A stretch of 24,000 nt of DNA. It comes from Aeromonas enteropelogenes (lineage in GTDB: Bacteria; Pseudomonadota; Gammaproteobacteria; Enterobacterales; Aeromonadaceae). Positions 9,033 through 17,482 of this stretch are shown piece by piece. The notes beneath the pieces were generated by a model that was not told the origin of the DNA, ran no database searches, and saw only the letters and a program-made list of their open reading frames with translations. The position numbers and the translations under genes are program-made. Each line of letters opens with the position of its first letter. Position 1 is the stretch's first letter. The DNA is taken from assembly GCF_000819845.1 (NCBI RefSeq), contig NZ_CDCG01000037.1, forward strand, positions 239,625 through 263,624, given 5' to 3'.

Positions 9033-9611
9033 ATGATGAAATATATTGTCTTGGCGATCCTTTCACTCCTCCAATTGATGAACTCATCACAAGCGGAGAA
9101 TCGTGTTGATTTGGGGTCGCAAGCGCTTGGCAATATTCGTGGCAACCTGGGCGTCAATATGGTTGCTGGCAATCACAACCAACAAGGCAACCTCGCATCT
9201 ATTTCCCTCTCGGGTCCGGCCGTAATTCAGTTCAGCCAACAGAATCAATCCAGCATCACCCCGGGCGGTCACCAGAGCGTCGCTATCCATGGCGCGGCAC
9301 TTGGCCAGACCCAGGGGCTTTTGAGCATCAACCAGGCAGCGGGTGAAGCCAACCAGCAACTCAATGGCTTCGCATTGTCACTGGGCGACGACGGGATAAG
9401 CGTCGTGACCGACGTGAATCTGGGCAACAGTATCGCCAGCCCCTCCCCGGGCCAGCTCTCCGCAAGCATGACAACCAGCATCTATCTGGATGACAACGCC
9501 CTGAGCGGCAGTAAAGGGGTCATTCAGGTGAACCAGGTCACGGGACAGGGCAACCAGGCCGTCAACATGGTTGCCCTGCCCCTGGCGGGCGCAGTAACGG
9601 CATCACCCTGA
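9033..9611 (+). CDS. Exported Fap-like amyloid subunit with three ~29-aa repeats (FapB/FapC-like, possibly minor or nucleator)
   Basis: Signal peptide MMKYIVLAILSLLQLMNSSQA; repeats ALGNIRGNLGVNMVAGNHNQQGNLASISL, ALGQTQGLLSINQAAGEANQQLNGFALSL, ALSGSKGVIQVNQVTGQGNQAVNMVALPL. Start 9033 preferred over 9012 because of proximity to the predicted transcription start. Confidence 0.8.
   Translation: MMKYIVLAILSLLQLMNSSQAENRVDLGSQALGNIRGNLGVNMVAGNHNQQGNLASISLSGPAVIQFSQQNQSSITPGGHQSVAIHGAALGQTQGLLSINQAAGEANQQLNGFALSLGDDGISVVTDVNLGNSIASPSPGQLSASMTTSIYLDDNALSGSKGVIQVNQVTGQGNQAVNMVALPLAGAVTASP
9123..9209 (+). repeat. Amyloid-like repeat 1 of first subunit
   Basis: Encodes ALGNIRGNLGVNMVAGNHNQQGNLASISL. 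Confidence 0.8.
9297..9383 (+). repeat. Amyloid-like repeat 2 of first subunit
   Basis: Encodes ALGQTQGLLSINQAAGEANQQLNGFALSL. Confidence 0.8.
9498..9584 (+). repeat. Amyloid-like repeat 3 of first subunit
   Basis: Encodes ALSGSKGVIQVNQVTGQGNQAVNMVALPL. Confidence 0.75.
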
Positions 9612-9698
9612 TGCCGCAGGGACAGGAAGCGAAGTCCGGGGGCGCAGCACCTGCCGATGGGCGGATCTTCCCCAGAAAGTTCAATGGAGAGACTCAAT

Positions 9699-10796
9699 AT
9701 GCGTGGACTTATTTACAGCTCATTAGCCGCCGCTGTCATCATGGCGATGTCCGGCACCGCATCCGCCGAGTACCGCGGTGACAAGGATGAGACAGGGGCA
9801 ACCTTGACCAAGAAGGTCAAGGCTGAGGTCGATGTGAAGTACGAAGGCAAGGTGATGGTCGGCGGCTTTGTCAACGTCAACAAGCTCGGCATGGCCGTCG
9901 TGGACAACCAGCAATCCAGCACCATGATAGGCACAGCCCACAGCAGAACGGAGAACGCAAGCAAGATTGATGGCTCGTTCCAGGGGGCATCCGGCAACAT
10001 CGGCGCCAACGTGGCGGCCGGTGACTCCAACGTGCAGGGCAACAGCGTCTCCCTGGCCGCCTATGACCAGGTCGATGCCGAGTTTGTCATGGGCGGTGGC
10101 CACCCTCACGGCAGCACGGGTGGCTCTTCGGATGCCGAGATCTTCTCCAGCCAGAGCGCCAGCATGAACTGGGCCAGCAACCAGGGGCACCAGAACAGGG
10201 CGAGTGTCGGTGGTGGCGCCTTCAAGAATGCCGCAGGCAATATCAACGCCAACGTGGCCTCCGGCTCCGGCAACGTGCAGGCCAACAACCTGGCCGCCTC
10301 GGTATCCACCGGCGCCATGGCGGTGGCCACCGTGGCCAACAGCCAGCATGTGTCCAAGAACCTGACCGAGAACAAGAGCCTGAGCGCCACCAGGACGGTG
10401 GAGAACGCCCCGGTTCACCTCAAGCTCGATGCCAAGGGTAATTACGAGGGGACGAGCAAGCAGTCCAACAATGTCTATCCGGAGATCTGGCAGGATCGTG
10501 ATCACCCCAACGGCGGCAGCCTCTGGGGTCACATCGACTACGACAATCTGGACAACGACGGCAGCAAGGACTCCAAGTTCGAGTTCAAGGAAGAGGGTGA
10601 CATGACACTGCACGGCTCGGTGACCGGCTACATCCCTGTGGTCAACACCTACACCGCCCGTGAGACCTTCAACCATGCCACCATAGACGGCGGCTCCTTC
10701 AATGGCGCCGTGGGCAATATCGGGGTGAACGTCGCGTCTGGCACCAACAATCTGCAAGCGAACAACCTCTCGCTGGCAGCCGGATTTGCCAAGTGA
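9699..10796 (+). CDS. Exported Fap-like major amyloid subunit (FapC-like), three conserved repeats separated by linkers
   Basis: Signal peptide MRGLIYSSLAAAVIMAMSGTASA; GGAGAG SD before ATG at 9699; repeats GSFQGASGNIGANVAAGDSNVQGNSVSLAA, GAFKNAAGNINANVASGSGNVQANNLAAS, GSFNGAVGNIGVNVASGTNNLQANNLSLA. Confidence 0.85.
   Translation: MRGLIYSSLAAAVIMAMSGTASAEYRGDKDETGATLTKKVKAEVDVKYEGKVMVGGFVNVNKLGMAVVDNQQSSTMIGTAHSRTENASKIDGSFQGASGNIGANVAAGDSNVQGNSVSLAAYDQVDAEFVMGGGHPHGSTGGSSDAEIFSSQSASMNWASNQGHQNRASVGGGAFKNAAGNINANVASGSGNVQANNLAASVSTGAMAVATVANSQHVSKNLTENKSLSATRTVENAPVHLKLDAKGNYEGTSKQSNNVYPEIWQDRDHPNGGSLWGHIDYDNLDNDGSKDSKFEFKEEGDMTLHGSVTGYIPVVNTYTARETFNHATIDGGSFNGAVGNIGVNVASGTNNLQANNLSLAAGFAK
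9972..10061 (+). repeat. Fap-like repeat R1
   Basis: Encodes GSFQGASGNIGANVAAGDSNVQGNSVSLAA. Confidence 0.85.
10215..10301 (+). repeat. Fap-like repeat R2
   Basis: Encodes GAFKNAAGNINANVASGSGNVQANNLAAS. Confidence 0.85.
10692..10778 (+). repeat. Fap-like repeat R3
   Basis: Encodes GSFNGAVGNIGVNVASGTNNLQANNLSLA. Confidence 0.85.
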
Positions 10797-10850
10797 TCCA
10801 CCCTTGGGGGGCCTGTGTGCCCCCCATTTTTTGCCCACAAGGAGGTGTCA

Positions 10851-11528
10851 ATGCGCTGGCTATTGCCGTTGCTGTTCAGCCCCGTCGTCTGGTCGGCGAC
10901 CCTGCCGATGGGAGAGCATCTCCCGGCGCTGGGGGGGCTTGCCAAACCGGTACAGAGCATCCAGGAGCGCCGCTATGCCAATCTCGAGCGCCAGCATACC
11001 GACTTCAGCTGTGGCGCGGCGGCGGTGGCCACCATACTGCGCCATGCCTATGGCCAGGCGACCAATGAACGCTGGGTGATGGACGGCATGATGGCCATGG
11101 CCGATCCGGCGCAGGTCAAACGCTACGGCTTTTCCATGCTGGACATGAAGCAGTACGTGCAGATGCTGGGGATGCGTGCCCGGGGTTACCGCCTGAGCGA
11201 TACCAAGCTGCGCCAGGTAAGGGTGCCGACCATAGTGCTGCTCAACATTCGCGGCTATCAGCACTTCGCCGTGCTGCGCGCCATCGACCGCCGTGACCGC
11301 GTCTATCTGGCAGACCCTGCCCTTGGCAACCGCATCATCTCGTTCAGGGAGTTCAAGGAGAGCTGGAACGGGATCCTGCTGGCCGTGATCGGTGCTGGCT
11401 ATCGCCCGGACGCTCCCCTGGCCAACCCCTCCCCCCCGTTCTCGGCCAGAGGCAGGGATGGGCTGTTCGCCCCGGTCAATGAAACATCCCTGCTGGACTT
11501 CGGCTTCCAGCACAAAGAGCTAATGTGA
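10851..11528 (+). CDS. Exported C39-family cysteine peptidase-like protein (FapD-like)
   Basis: AAGGAGG SD; signal peptide MRWLLPLLFSPVVWSA; DFSCGAAAVATILRHAYG (Cys box) and GYQHFAVLRAIDRRDRVYLADPALGNRIISFREF (His/Asp box). Confidence 0.88.
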   Translation: MRWLLPLLFSPVVWSATLPMGEHLPALGGLAKPVQSIQERRYANLERQHTDFSCGAAAVATILRHAYGQATNERWVMDGMMAMADPAQVKRYGFSMLDMKQYVQMLGMRARGYRLSDTKLRQVRVPTIVLLNIRGYQHFAVLRAIDRRDRVYLADPALGNRIISFREFKESWNGILLAVIGAGYRPDAPLANPSPPFSARGRDGLFAPVNETSLLDFGFQHKELM

Positions 11529-11535
11529 GGTCACC

Positions 11536-12195
11536 ATGAACATCCGACCCGCCCTCTACCTCGTCTGCAGCCTGGGGGTATTGCCCCTCCCGCTACTGGC
11601 GACATCCGATCCCCTGGCACAGCTGTCGGATCAGTTTGCCCCGGAGCTCTCCGATGGCGAGCTGGAAGGCTTGCGGGGGCGTTATGTCAGCGCTCACGGC
11701 ATCCACTATTTTGGCATCGAGTTCATCTCCACCCTGACCACGGCCCAATCCCGGCAGACGGCAGCCATGAATCTGGCTTTGAGCGTTGAGCAGCACACCC
11801 CCAGGCTGGAGATCCGCATCAAGGAGGGGGCCAGCGCGGTCGCCACGGCCCCGGCCAGCGCCCCTGTGCAGGGGGCCGGGCTGGTGCAGGTGATGCAGCT
11901 GGAAGGGCGCGGCAACCGCTCGGTGAACCTCACCGGCATCGGGACGACGCCCCCCGAGATGGCCGGGGAGCTTGTCTCCGCCGGCCATTATCAGCAGCAG
12001 AGCGTGCTCGGCACCGCCAGTTACAGCGTCTCGGGCAACTACGCGGGTCTGCAGTTCAATACCCCGGATGGCAGCGTCCGGCTGGAGCAGAGCCTGCGGG
12101 GCACGGACTTCAGTCGCGGCCTGCTGCAACTCAATCGGGTCAGGGGGGATGGTTTGCAGACCCTCAACCAGACGAGGATCTGGTTCTCCCGCTAG
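11536..12195 (+). CDS. Exported accessory protein of the Fap-like locus (possibly FapE-like)
   Basis: Signal peptide MNIRPALYLVCSLGVLPLPLLA; LSDGELEGLRGRYVSAHGIHYFGIEF; degenerate motifs GLVQVMQLEGRGNRSVNLTGI and GLLQLNRVRGDGLQTLNQTRI; position between protease and barrel genes. Confidence 0.65.
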   Translation: MNIRPALYLVCSLGVLPLPLLATSDPLAQLSDQFAPELSDGELEGLRGRYVSAHGIHYFGIEFISTLTTAQSRQTAAMNLALSVEQHTPRLEIRIKEGASAVATAPASAPVQGAGLVQVMQLEGRGNRSVNLTGIGTTPPEMAGELVSAGHYQQQSVLGTASYSVSGNYAGLQFNTPDGSVRLEQSLRGTDFSRGLLQLNRVRGDGLQTLNQTRIWFSR

Positions 12196-12254
12196 CCTCT
12201 GCTCCCCTGACGGCACGAAAAAAGGACGATAAACGACAACAAGGATCCGCTCCC

Positions 12255-13451
12255 ATGAAACAGTCCCCCCTGCTGTTGATGATGTTGACCCCGCTGACTT
12301 GCTGGGGTGCCACCGCAGAAGAAGAGGCGTTGCAACAACAGCTGGATCAGTTGCGCCAGCAGCTGATCCAGCAAAACCAGGCGCTCCACCAGCTGCAGGC
12401 CAGACTGGAAGCCGTCAAGAGCAGCGGAGTAACCGCGACGGGCACCGGCACGGCTGCCGTGACACCGGCCAAGGCACCGCAGGAGCCGGACCGTCGCAGC
12501 CCGGAGCCCGGTCGCAGCACCGAAGATCTGCTGCTGGAGCAGCACAACGTCTTCGATCGCGCCCTGACCTTCGACCTCGGCCTCTCCTACCAGCACTACA
12601 ACCGCAAGGATCTCGCCCTGCGCGGCTTTCTCGCGCTGGATGCCATCTTTCTTGGCGAGATCAATCTGGACAGGGTGCGATCCGATCAGATCAGTGCCGA
12701 TCTGGTGACCCGCTACACCCTCAACGATCGCTGGCAGCTGGAGCTCGCCATTCCCTACCTGTTTCGCAGCAGCAACTACCAGAGCACCGGCAAGGATAAC
12801 TCCAGCCGCAGTTTCGAGGAGCAGAGCGTCAGCGACGGGGGCCTCGGCGATCTCAGCCTCGCCGTCTACTACCGGGTCATGGCCGAAGACGAGGAGTGGC
12901 CGGATCTGGTGTGGAATGTCAGGGTCAAGGCACCGACCGGCAAGGACCCCTATGGCATCGAGCTCGACACCTCGGCATCGGGCAACCTGATGACCCCGAA
13001 GGAGCTCGCCACCGGCAACGGGCTCTGGCAGCTGTCGACCGGTTTCTCGCTGGTCAGGACCCTGGATCCCGCCATCCTGTTCGCCAACATCAACTATGGC
13101 CACAGCCTCAAGGAGGATTTTGACGACATCTCCTATCAACCGGGGCAGCAACCGGGCAGCGTCCAACTGGGTGACTGGTTTGAATACGGGCTCGGGGTCG
13201 CATTCGCCCTAAACGAGCGTTTCAGCCTCTCCTTCAACATCAACCAGCGCATCACCCGCGAGTCCGAGCAGGGGGCGGAAGGGTTCGGGATGGAGAAGGT
13301 CATCGGCTCGGATGCCAACGCGGCGAGTTTTGGCATGGGTTCGACATGGGCCATCACCGACCGGCTCTCCATGGTGGTCAACTGGTCGGCAGGGCTCACC
13401 ACGGATGCTCCCGACTACAGTATCGGGATCCGTTTTCCTTACCGCTTCTAG
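12255..13451 (+). CDS. Outer-membrane beta-barrel with N-terminal periplasmic coiled coil (FapF-like amyloid secretion porin)
   Basis: Signal peptide; heptad-like LQQQLDQLRQQLIQQNQALHQLQARLEAV; repeated amphipathic strands (LTFDLGLSYQHYNR, WQLELAIPYLF, LGDLSLAVYYRV, FEYGLGVAFAL, FSLSFNINQRI); C-terminal YSIGIRFPYRF. Confidence 0.85.
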   Translation: MKQSPLLLMMLTPLTCWGATAEEEALQQQLDQLRQQLIQQNQALHQLQARLEAVKSSGVTATGTGTAAVTPAKAPQEPDRRSPEPGRSTEDLLLEQHNVFDRALTFDLGLSYQHYNRKDLALRGFLALDAIFLGEINLDRVRSDQISADLVTRYTLNDRWQLELAIPYLFRSSNYQSTGKDNSSRSFEEQSVSDGGLGDLSLAVYYRVMAEDEEWPDLVWNVRVKAPTGKDPYGIELDTSASGNLMTPKELATGNGLWQLSTGFSLVRTLDPAILFANINYGHSLKEDFDDISYQPGQQPGSVQLGDWFEYGLGVAFALNERFSLSFNINQRITRESEQGAEGFGMEKVIGSDANAASFGMGSTWAITDRLSMVVNWSAGLTTDAPDYSIGIRFPYRF

Positions 13452-13494
13452 TCAGACCGAGTGTGAGAGGCTGGTTTTATGGGGAACAAACAAT

Positions 13495-13517
13495 GAGGGA
13501 GGCATGATGCCTCCCTC
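13495..13517. terminator. GC-rich inverted repeat between convergent operons, terminator-like
   Basis: GAGGGAGGCATGATGCCTCCCTC; no strong U-tract on either side. Confidence 0.45.
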
Positions 13518-13574
13518 GGGTGATTCCGGGCTGACGATAGAGCCTTGCCCTTGCATCGCCTCCCGCTGGGCCGC

Positions 13575-14852
13575 TTACACTCCCAGGCGATCGCGCAGGG
13601 TGTACCAGGCAGCGCCGGCGGCGGTGAAGGGAATGCGGAACATGCGGCCCCCCGGGAAGGGGTAGTGGGGCAGTTTGGCAAACGCATCGAAGCGCTCCGC
13701 CTGACCGCTCAACACCTCGGAGAGCAGCTTGCCCGCCAGATGGGTACAGGTGACGCCGTGGCCGCTGTAGCCCTGCATGTAGTAGATGTTGGGGCCGATA
13801 CGACCAAACTGCGGCAGGCGCGACAGGGTCAGCAGGAAGTTGCCGGTCCAGGTGTACTCCACCTTGACGTCGGCAAGCTGGGGGAAGGTTTTGCGCATCT
13901 TGGGGATGATCAGCCGCTCGATATCCGCCGGATCCCGCGCCCCGTAAACCACACCGCCGCCATAGATGAGCCGGTGATCGGCGCTGGTGCGGTAGTAGTC
14001 GAGCAGGTAGTTGCAGTCTTCCACGCAGTAGTTTTGCGGCAGCAGTGAACGGGCCCGCTCCTCCCCCAGCACTTCGGTGGTGATCACTTGGGTGCCACAG
14101 GGCATGCTCTTGCCGGCGAGCTCGGGCACCAGGTTGCCGAGATAGGCGTTGCCGGCCACCATCACGAAACGCGCCTTGACCGCCCCCTTGGCGGTCTTCA
14201 CCAGCGCAGGCTGGCCCGGCGTGATGCTGGTGACGGCGGATTGTTCGAAAATAAGCCCCCCCTGCATGCGGATCGCCTCCGCCTCCCCCAGCGCCAGGTT
14301 GAGGGGGTGGATATGGCCGCCGCTCTTGTCGAGCAGGGCGCCGACGTAGCGATCGCTCGCCACCACTTCACGCACCCCCTTGGCATCGAGCAGCTCCAGC
14401 TTGTCATTGCCCCACTTCTGCCAGCGGGCCTGCTGGGCCTTGAGTTCGTGCAGCTGCTTCTCGGTCTCGGCGGCGAACACTCCCCCTTCCTGCAGATCGC
14501 ACTGGATGTTGTAGCGCTTGATGCGATCGCGGATGATCTGGCCCCCTTCAAACAACATGGAACCGAGCAGCCTGGCCTGATCCGGCGGGCAGTTCGCTTC
14601 TATGGTGTCGATGTCACGGCTGTAGGAGTTGACGATCTGGCCGCCGTTGCGACCGCTGGCGCCAAAGCCGACCCGGGCCGCCTCCAGCACCACCACCTTG
14701 TATCCCTTCTCCACCAGGTGGAGCGCACTGGAGAGGCCGGTATAACCCGCCCCGATGACGCAGACATCGCACTCCAGTTGCTCGGTCAGAGTGGCAAAAG
14801 GCGCATGTTGATTGGCGCTGGCTGCGTAGTAACTGTTTACATGCTCGGTCAT
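13575..14852 (-). CDS. puuB: FAD-dependent oxidoreductase, gamma-glutamylputrescine oxidase-like
   Basis: CDVCVIGAGYTGLSSALHLVEKGYKVVVLEAARVGFGASGRNGGQIVNSY; GRIGPNIYYMQGYSGHGVTCTHLAGKLL; adjacent PuuR-like regulator. Confidence 0.85.
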   Translation of the reverse strand: MTEHVNSYYAASANQHAPFATLTEQLECDVCVIGAGYTGLSSALHLVEKGYKVVVLEAARVGFGASGRNGGQIVNSYSRDIDTIEANCPPDQARLLGSMLFEGGQIIRDRIKRYNIQCDLQEGGVFAAETEKQLHELKAQQARWQKWGNDKLELLDAKGVREVVASDRYVGALLDKSGGHIHPLNLALGEAEAIRMQGGLIFEQSAVTSITPGQPALVKTAKGAVKARFVMVAGNAYLGNLVPELAGKSMPCGTQVITTEVLGEERARSLLPQNYCVEDCNYLLDYYRTSADHRLIYGGGVVYGARDPADIERLIIPKMRKTFPQLADVKVEYTWTGNFLLTLSRLPQFGRIGPNIYYMQGYSGHGVTCTHLAGKLLSEVLSGQAERFDAFAKLPHYPFPGGRMFRIPFTAAGAAWYTLRDRLGV

Positions 14853-14902
14853 GATCCCTGTTTCCTTACCGGTTCTTTTCCCTAGCGAGGCATCGCCTGT
14901 CA

Positions 14903-15460
14903 CTAGAAATTTGCCGGGGTATGCGCGCTGACGATGCGGCATGTCTGCCCCGACGGATTGCTGAAGCTGTGGGGCTCGCCCGTGTCGATCACATAGCTGT
15001 CGCCCGCTTCCAGCTGATAACTCTGTCCTGCCACCGTCAGGGTCACCGACCCCTCCAGCACCGTGCCGACCTCCTCCCCCTGGTGCTTGACCTGGCCACC
15101 GGTGTCGGTGCCGGGGGGATAGGTCTCCAGCATGAAGCCGAGCTGGCGGCGGTTGTTGCCGTTGTGCACCAGCTTCATGGAGACCCCCTGGCTGCCCAGC
15201 TCGATCAGCTGCTCGGCCTTGATCACCACGCCCGGCACGCTCTGCTCCTCTTCGGCGAAAAAGCGCGACAGTGGCAGGCCGTAGACGGTGAGCAGCTTTT
15301 GCAGGGAGGCCACCGACGGGCTCACCTTGTCCTGCTCTATCATGCAGATGGCGCCGTGGGTCAGGCCGCTCAGCTCGGCGGCTCGCCGCTGGGAGAGCCC
15401 CAGCTGATGGCGCACCGCCGCCAGCCGCTCCCCCATGCTCTGGTATGGCAACCCGCTCAT
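14903..15460 (-). CDS. puuR: XRE-cupin transcriptional regulator, PuuR-like
   Basis: HTH LAAVRHQLGLSQRRAAELSGLTHGAICMIEQDKVSPSVASLQKLL plus cupin region GGQVKHQGEEVGTVLEGSVTLTVAGQSYQLEAGDSYVIDTGEPHSFSN. Confidence 0.88.
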   Translation of the reverse strand: MSGLPYQSMGERLAAVRHQLGLSQRRAAELSGLTHGAICMIEQDKVSPSVASLQKLLTVYGLPLSRFFAEEEQSVPGVVIKAEQLIELGSQGVSMKLVHNGNNRRQLGFMLETYPPGTDTGGQVKHQGEEVGTVLEGSVTLTVAGQSYQLEAGDSYVIDTGEPHSFSNPSGQTCRIVSAHTPANF

Positions 15461-15814
15461 GGCAGTCCCCGGGTATCTTCGCTCTTGCCTCTTTGGTACA
15501 TGATCAACCTCCCTGTCGCCGCTGGTTAAAATAGCGGACCAATCATCCCCCCGGCTGTTTGCTATGTTACACAGCGCGAGCGTTCATTATTTTGCACACC
15601 CTTGATACCATCCTGTGGCACCATATGGGATATACCGTGCGTCACAGCCCATTTTCTAGCATGCCAAACACCAACAATTCAAATATATTTAACACTTGAA
15701 AAACATTTCGGCTCACTTTATGTTCTCCCTGTGCTTATTATTTTATACGGCAGCACCACAGGGAGGGTCGGGTAACCGGCCCCCTGCTGCCCGGATCCAC
15801 ACTCGAGGCTTCCC

Positions 15815-17278
15815 ATGTCAGGAACTACACCCAACAGCAGCTTGATCAAATCCCGCGCCTATATAGATGGTCACTGGTGCGATGCCGCCAGCGGCCGCAC
15901 CTTCGAGGTCACCAATCCGGCCAGCGGTGCCGTGATTACCCAGGTGCCCGACATGAATGCCGAGGATACCCGCCGCGCCATCGACGCCGCCAAGGCCGCC
16001 CAACCGGCCTGGGCCGCCCTGACCGCCAAGGAGCGCAGCAACAAACTTTACGCCTGGTTTGCCGCCATCACTGCCCACACCGACGAGCTGGCCCGCATCA
16101 TGACCTGCGAGCAGGGCAAGCCGCTGGCCGAAGCCAAGGGGGAAGTGGCCTACGGCGCCAGCTTCATCCAGTGGTTCAGTGAGGAGGGCAAACGCGCCTA
16201 CGGCCGCACCATCCCGGGTTTTAGCGGCGATCGCCGTCTGGCCACCATCAAGCAGCCAGTGGGGGTGGTTGCCGCCATCACCCCGTGGAACTTCCCCATC
16301 GCCATGATCACCCGCAAGGCGGGTCCGGCGCTGGCCGCCGGTTGCACCATCGTCATCAAGCCTGCCGCCGAGACCCCCCTGTGCGCCCTCGCCCTGGCGG
16401 CACTGGCCGAAGAGGCGGGCATCCCGGCCGGCGTCATCAACATCATCACCTCCCATCAGGCGGCAGCGGTGGGTGACGAGCTGTGCCAGAACCCTGTGGT
16501 ACGCAAGCTCTCGTTCACCGGCTCGACCCGCATCGGCAAGCTCTTGATGCGCCAGTGCGCCGACACCATGAAGCGGGTGTCGCTGGAACTTGGCGGCAAC
16601 GCCCCCTTCATCGTCTTTGACGACGCAGATCTCGATGCCGCCGTAGCAGGGGCGCTGGCCTCCAAATACCGCAATGCGGGCCAGACCTGCGTCTGCGCCA
16701 ACCGCATCCTGGTGCAATCGAGCGTCTACGACGCCTTCACCGAGAAGCTGACCGCCGCCGTCAAAGCCTTCAAGGTGGGGGATGGCATGAGCGAGGGCAC
16801 CCAGATTGGCCCCCTCATCAACCCCGCCGCCGCCAGCAAGGTGGCCGAACTGGTCAACCAGGCCCGGGACGCCGGTGCCAGGGTGCTGCTGGGGGGGGAA
16901 GCCCACCCCGCCGGCCCGCTCTTCTATCAGCCCACCATCCTCGGCGAGGTGAAGAGGGACAACCCCATCCTGCAGGAGGAGATCTTCGGCCCGGTGGCAC
17001 CGCTGGTGCGCTTTGACAGCGAAGAGCAGGCCATTGCGCTGGCCAACGACACCCCCTATGGCCTGGCCGCCTACTTCTATGGCCGCGACATCGCCCGGGT
17101 GTGGCGAGTTGCCGAGCGGCTCGAATACGGCATGGTGGGCATCAACGAGGGGATCATCTCCACCGAACTGGCCCCCTTTGGCGGCATCAAGGAGTCGGGT
17201 CTGGGCCGCGAAGGGGCGGCCGAGGGGCTGGAGGAGTACCTCGAGACCAAATACCTCTGCTTTGGCGCCATCCGCTAG
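15815..17278 (+). CDS. gabD: Aldehyde dehydrogenase, succinate-semialdehyde dehydrogenase GabD-like
   Basis: VGVVAAITPWNFPIAMITRKAGPALAAGCTIVIKPA, VSLELGGNAPFIVFDDADLD, RNAGQTCVCANRILVQ, PFGGIKESGLGREGA. Confidence 0.9.
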   Translation: MSGTTPNSSLIKSRAYIDGHWCDAASGRTFEVTNPASGAVITQVPDMNAEDTRRAIDAAKAAQPAWAALTAKERSNKLYAWFAAITAHTDELARIMTCEQGKPLAEAKGEVAYGASFIQWFSEEGKRAYGRTIPGFSGDRRLATIKQPVGVVAAITPWNFPIAMITRKAGPALAAGCTIVIKPAAETPLCALALAALAEEAGIPAGVINIITSHQAAAVGDELCQNPVVRKLSFTGSTRIGKLLMRQCADTMKRVSLELGGNAPFIVFDDADLDAAVAGALASKYRNAGQTCVCANRILVQSSVYDAFTEKLTAAVKAFKVGDGMSEGTQIGPLINPAAASKVAELVNQARDAGARVLLGGEAHPAGPLFYQPTILGEVKRDNPILQEEIFGPVAPLVRFDSEEQAIALANDTPYGLAAYFYGRDIARVWRVAERLEYGMVGINEGIISTELAPFGGIKESGLGREGAAEGLEEYLETKYLCFGAIR

Positions 17279-17482
17279 ACAGGATAACGATCACCCCACT
17301 GACCTTCCCTTCACAAGGGAAGGAGCAAACCCAGCCCTCCCCCCCATGGGAAGGGCATGGGCGGGGTCTGGCCAGCCTGCCAAGGCTTGCCACCACACTA
17401 TTCAAGGACGAAGTGAGCGCTCCCGCCCGGGAGCCTCGCCAACACTCAAGAGAGGGGGCAAACGCCCCCGCAGGGAGGAAAA

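Noticed and set aside
9723-10838. 371-aa minus-strand ORF opposite the FapC-like gene
   Set aside because: Antisense shadow of a repeat-containing, signal-peptide-bearing gene with a good RBS; composition atypical for a protein.
15818-16906. 362-aa minus-strand ORF opposite gabD
   Set aside because: Shadow of a canonical aldehyde dehydrogenase gene.
17280-17482. gabD-gabT intergenic region as a copy of the permease leader
   Set aside because: Does not contain the conserved GCTTGTCA, CGCGGCCA or GAGATTG hairpin blocks.
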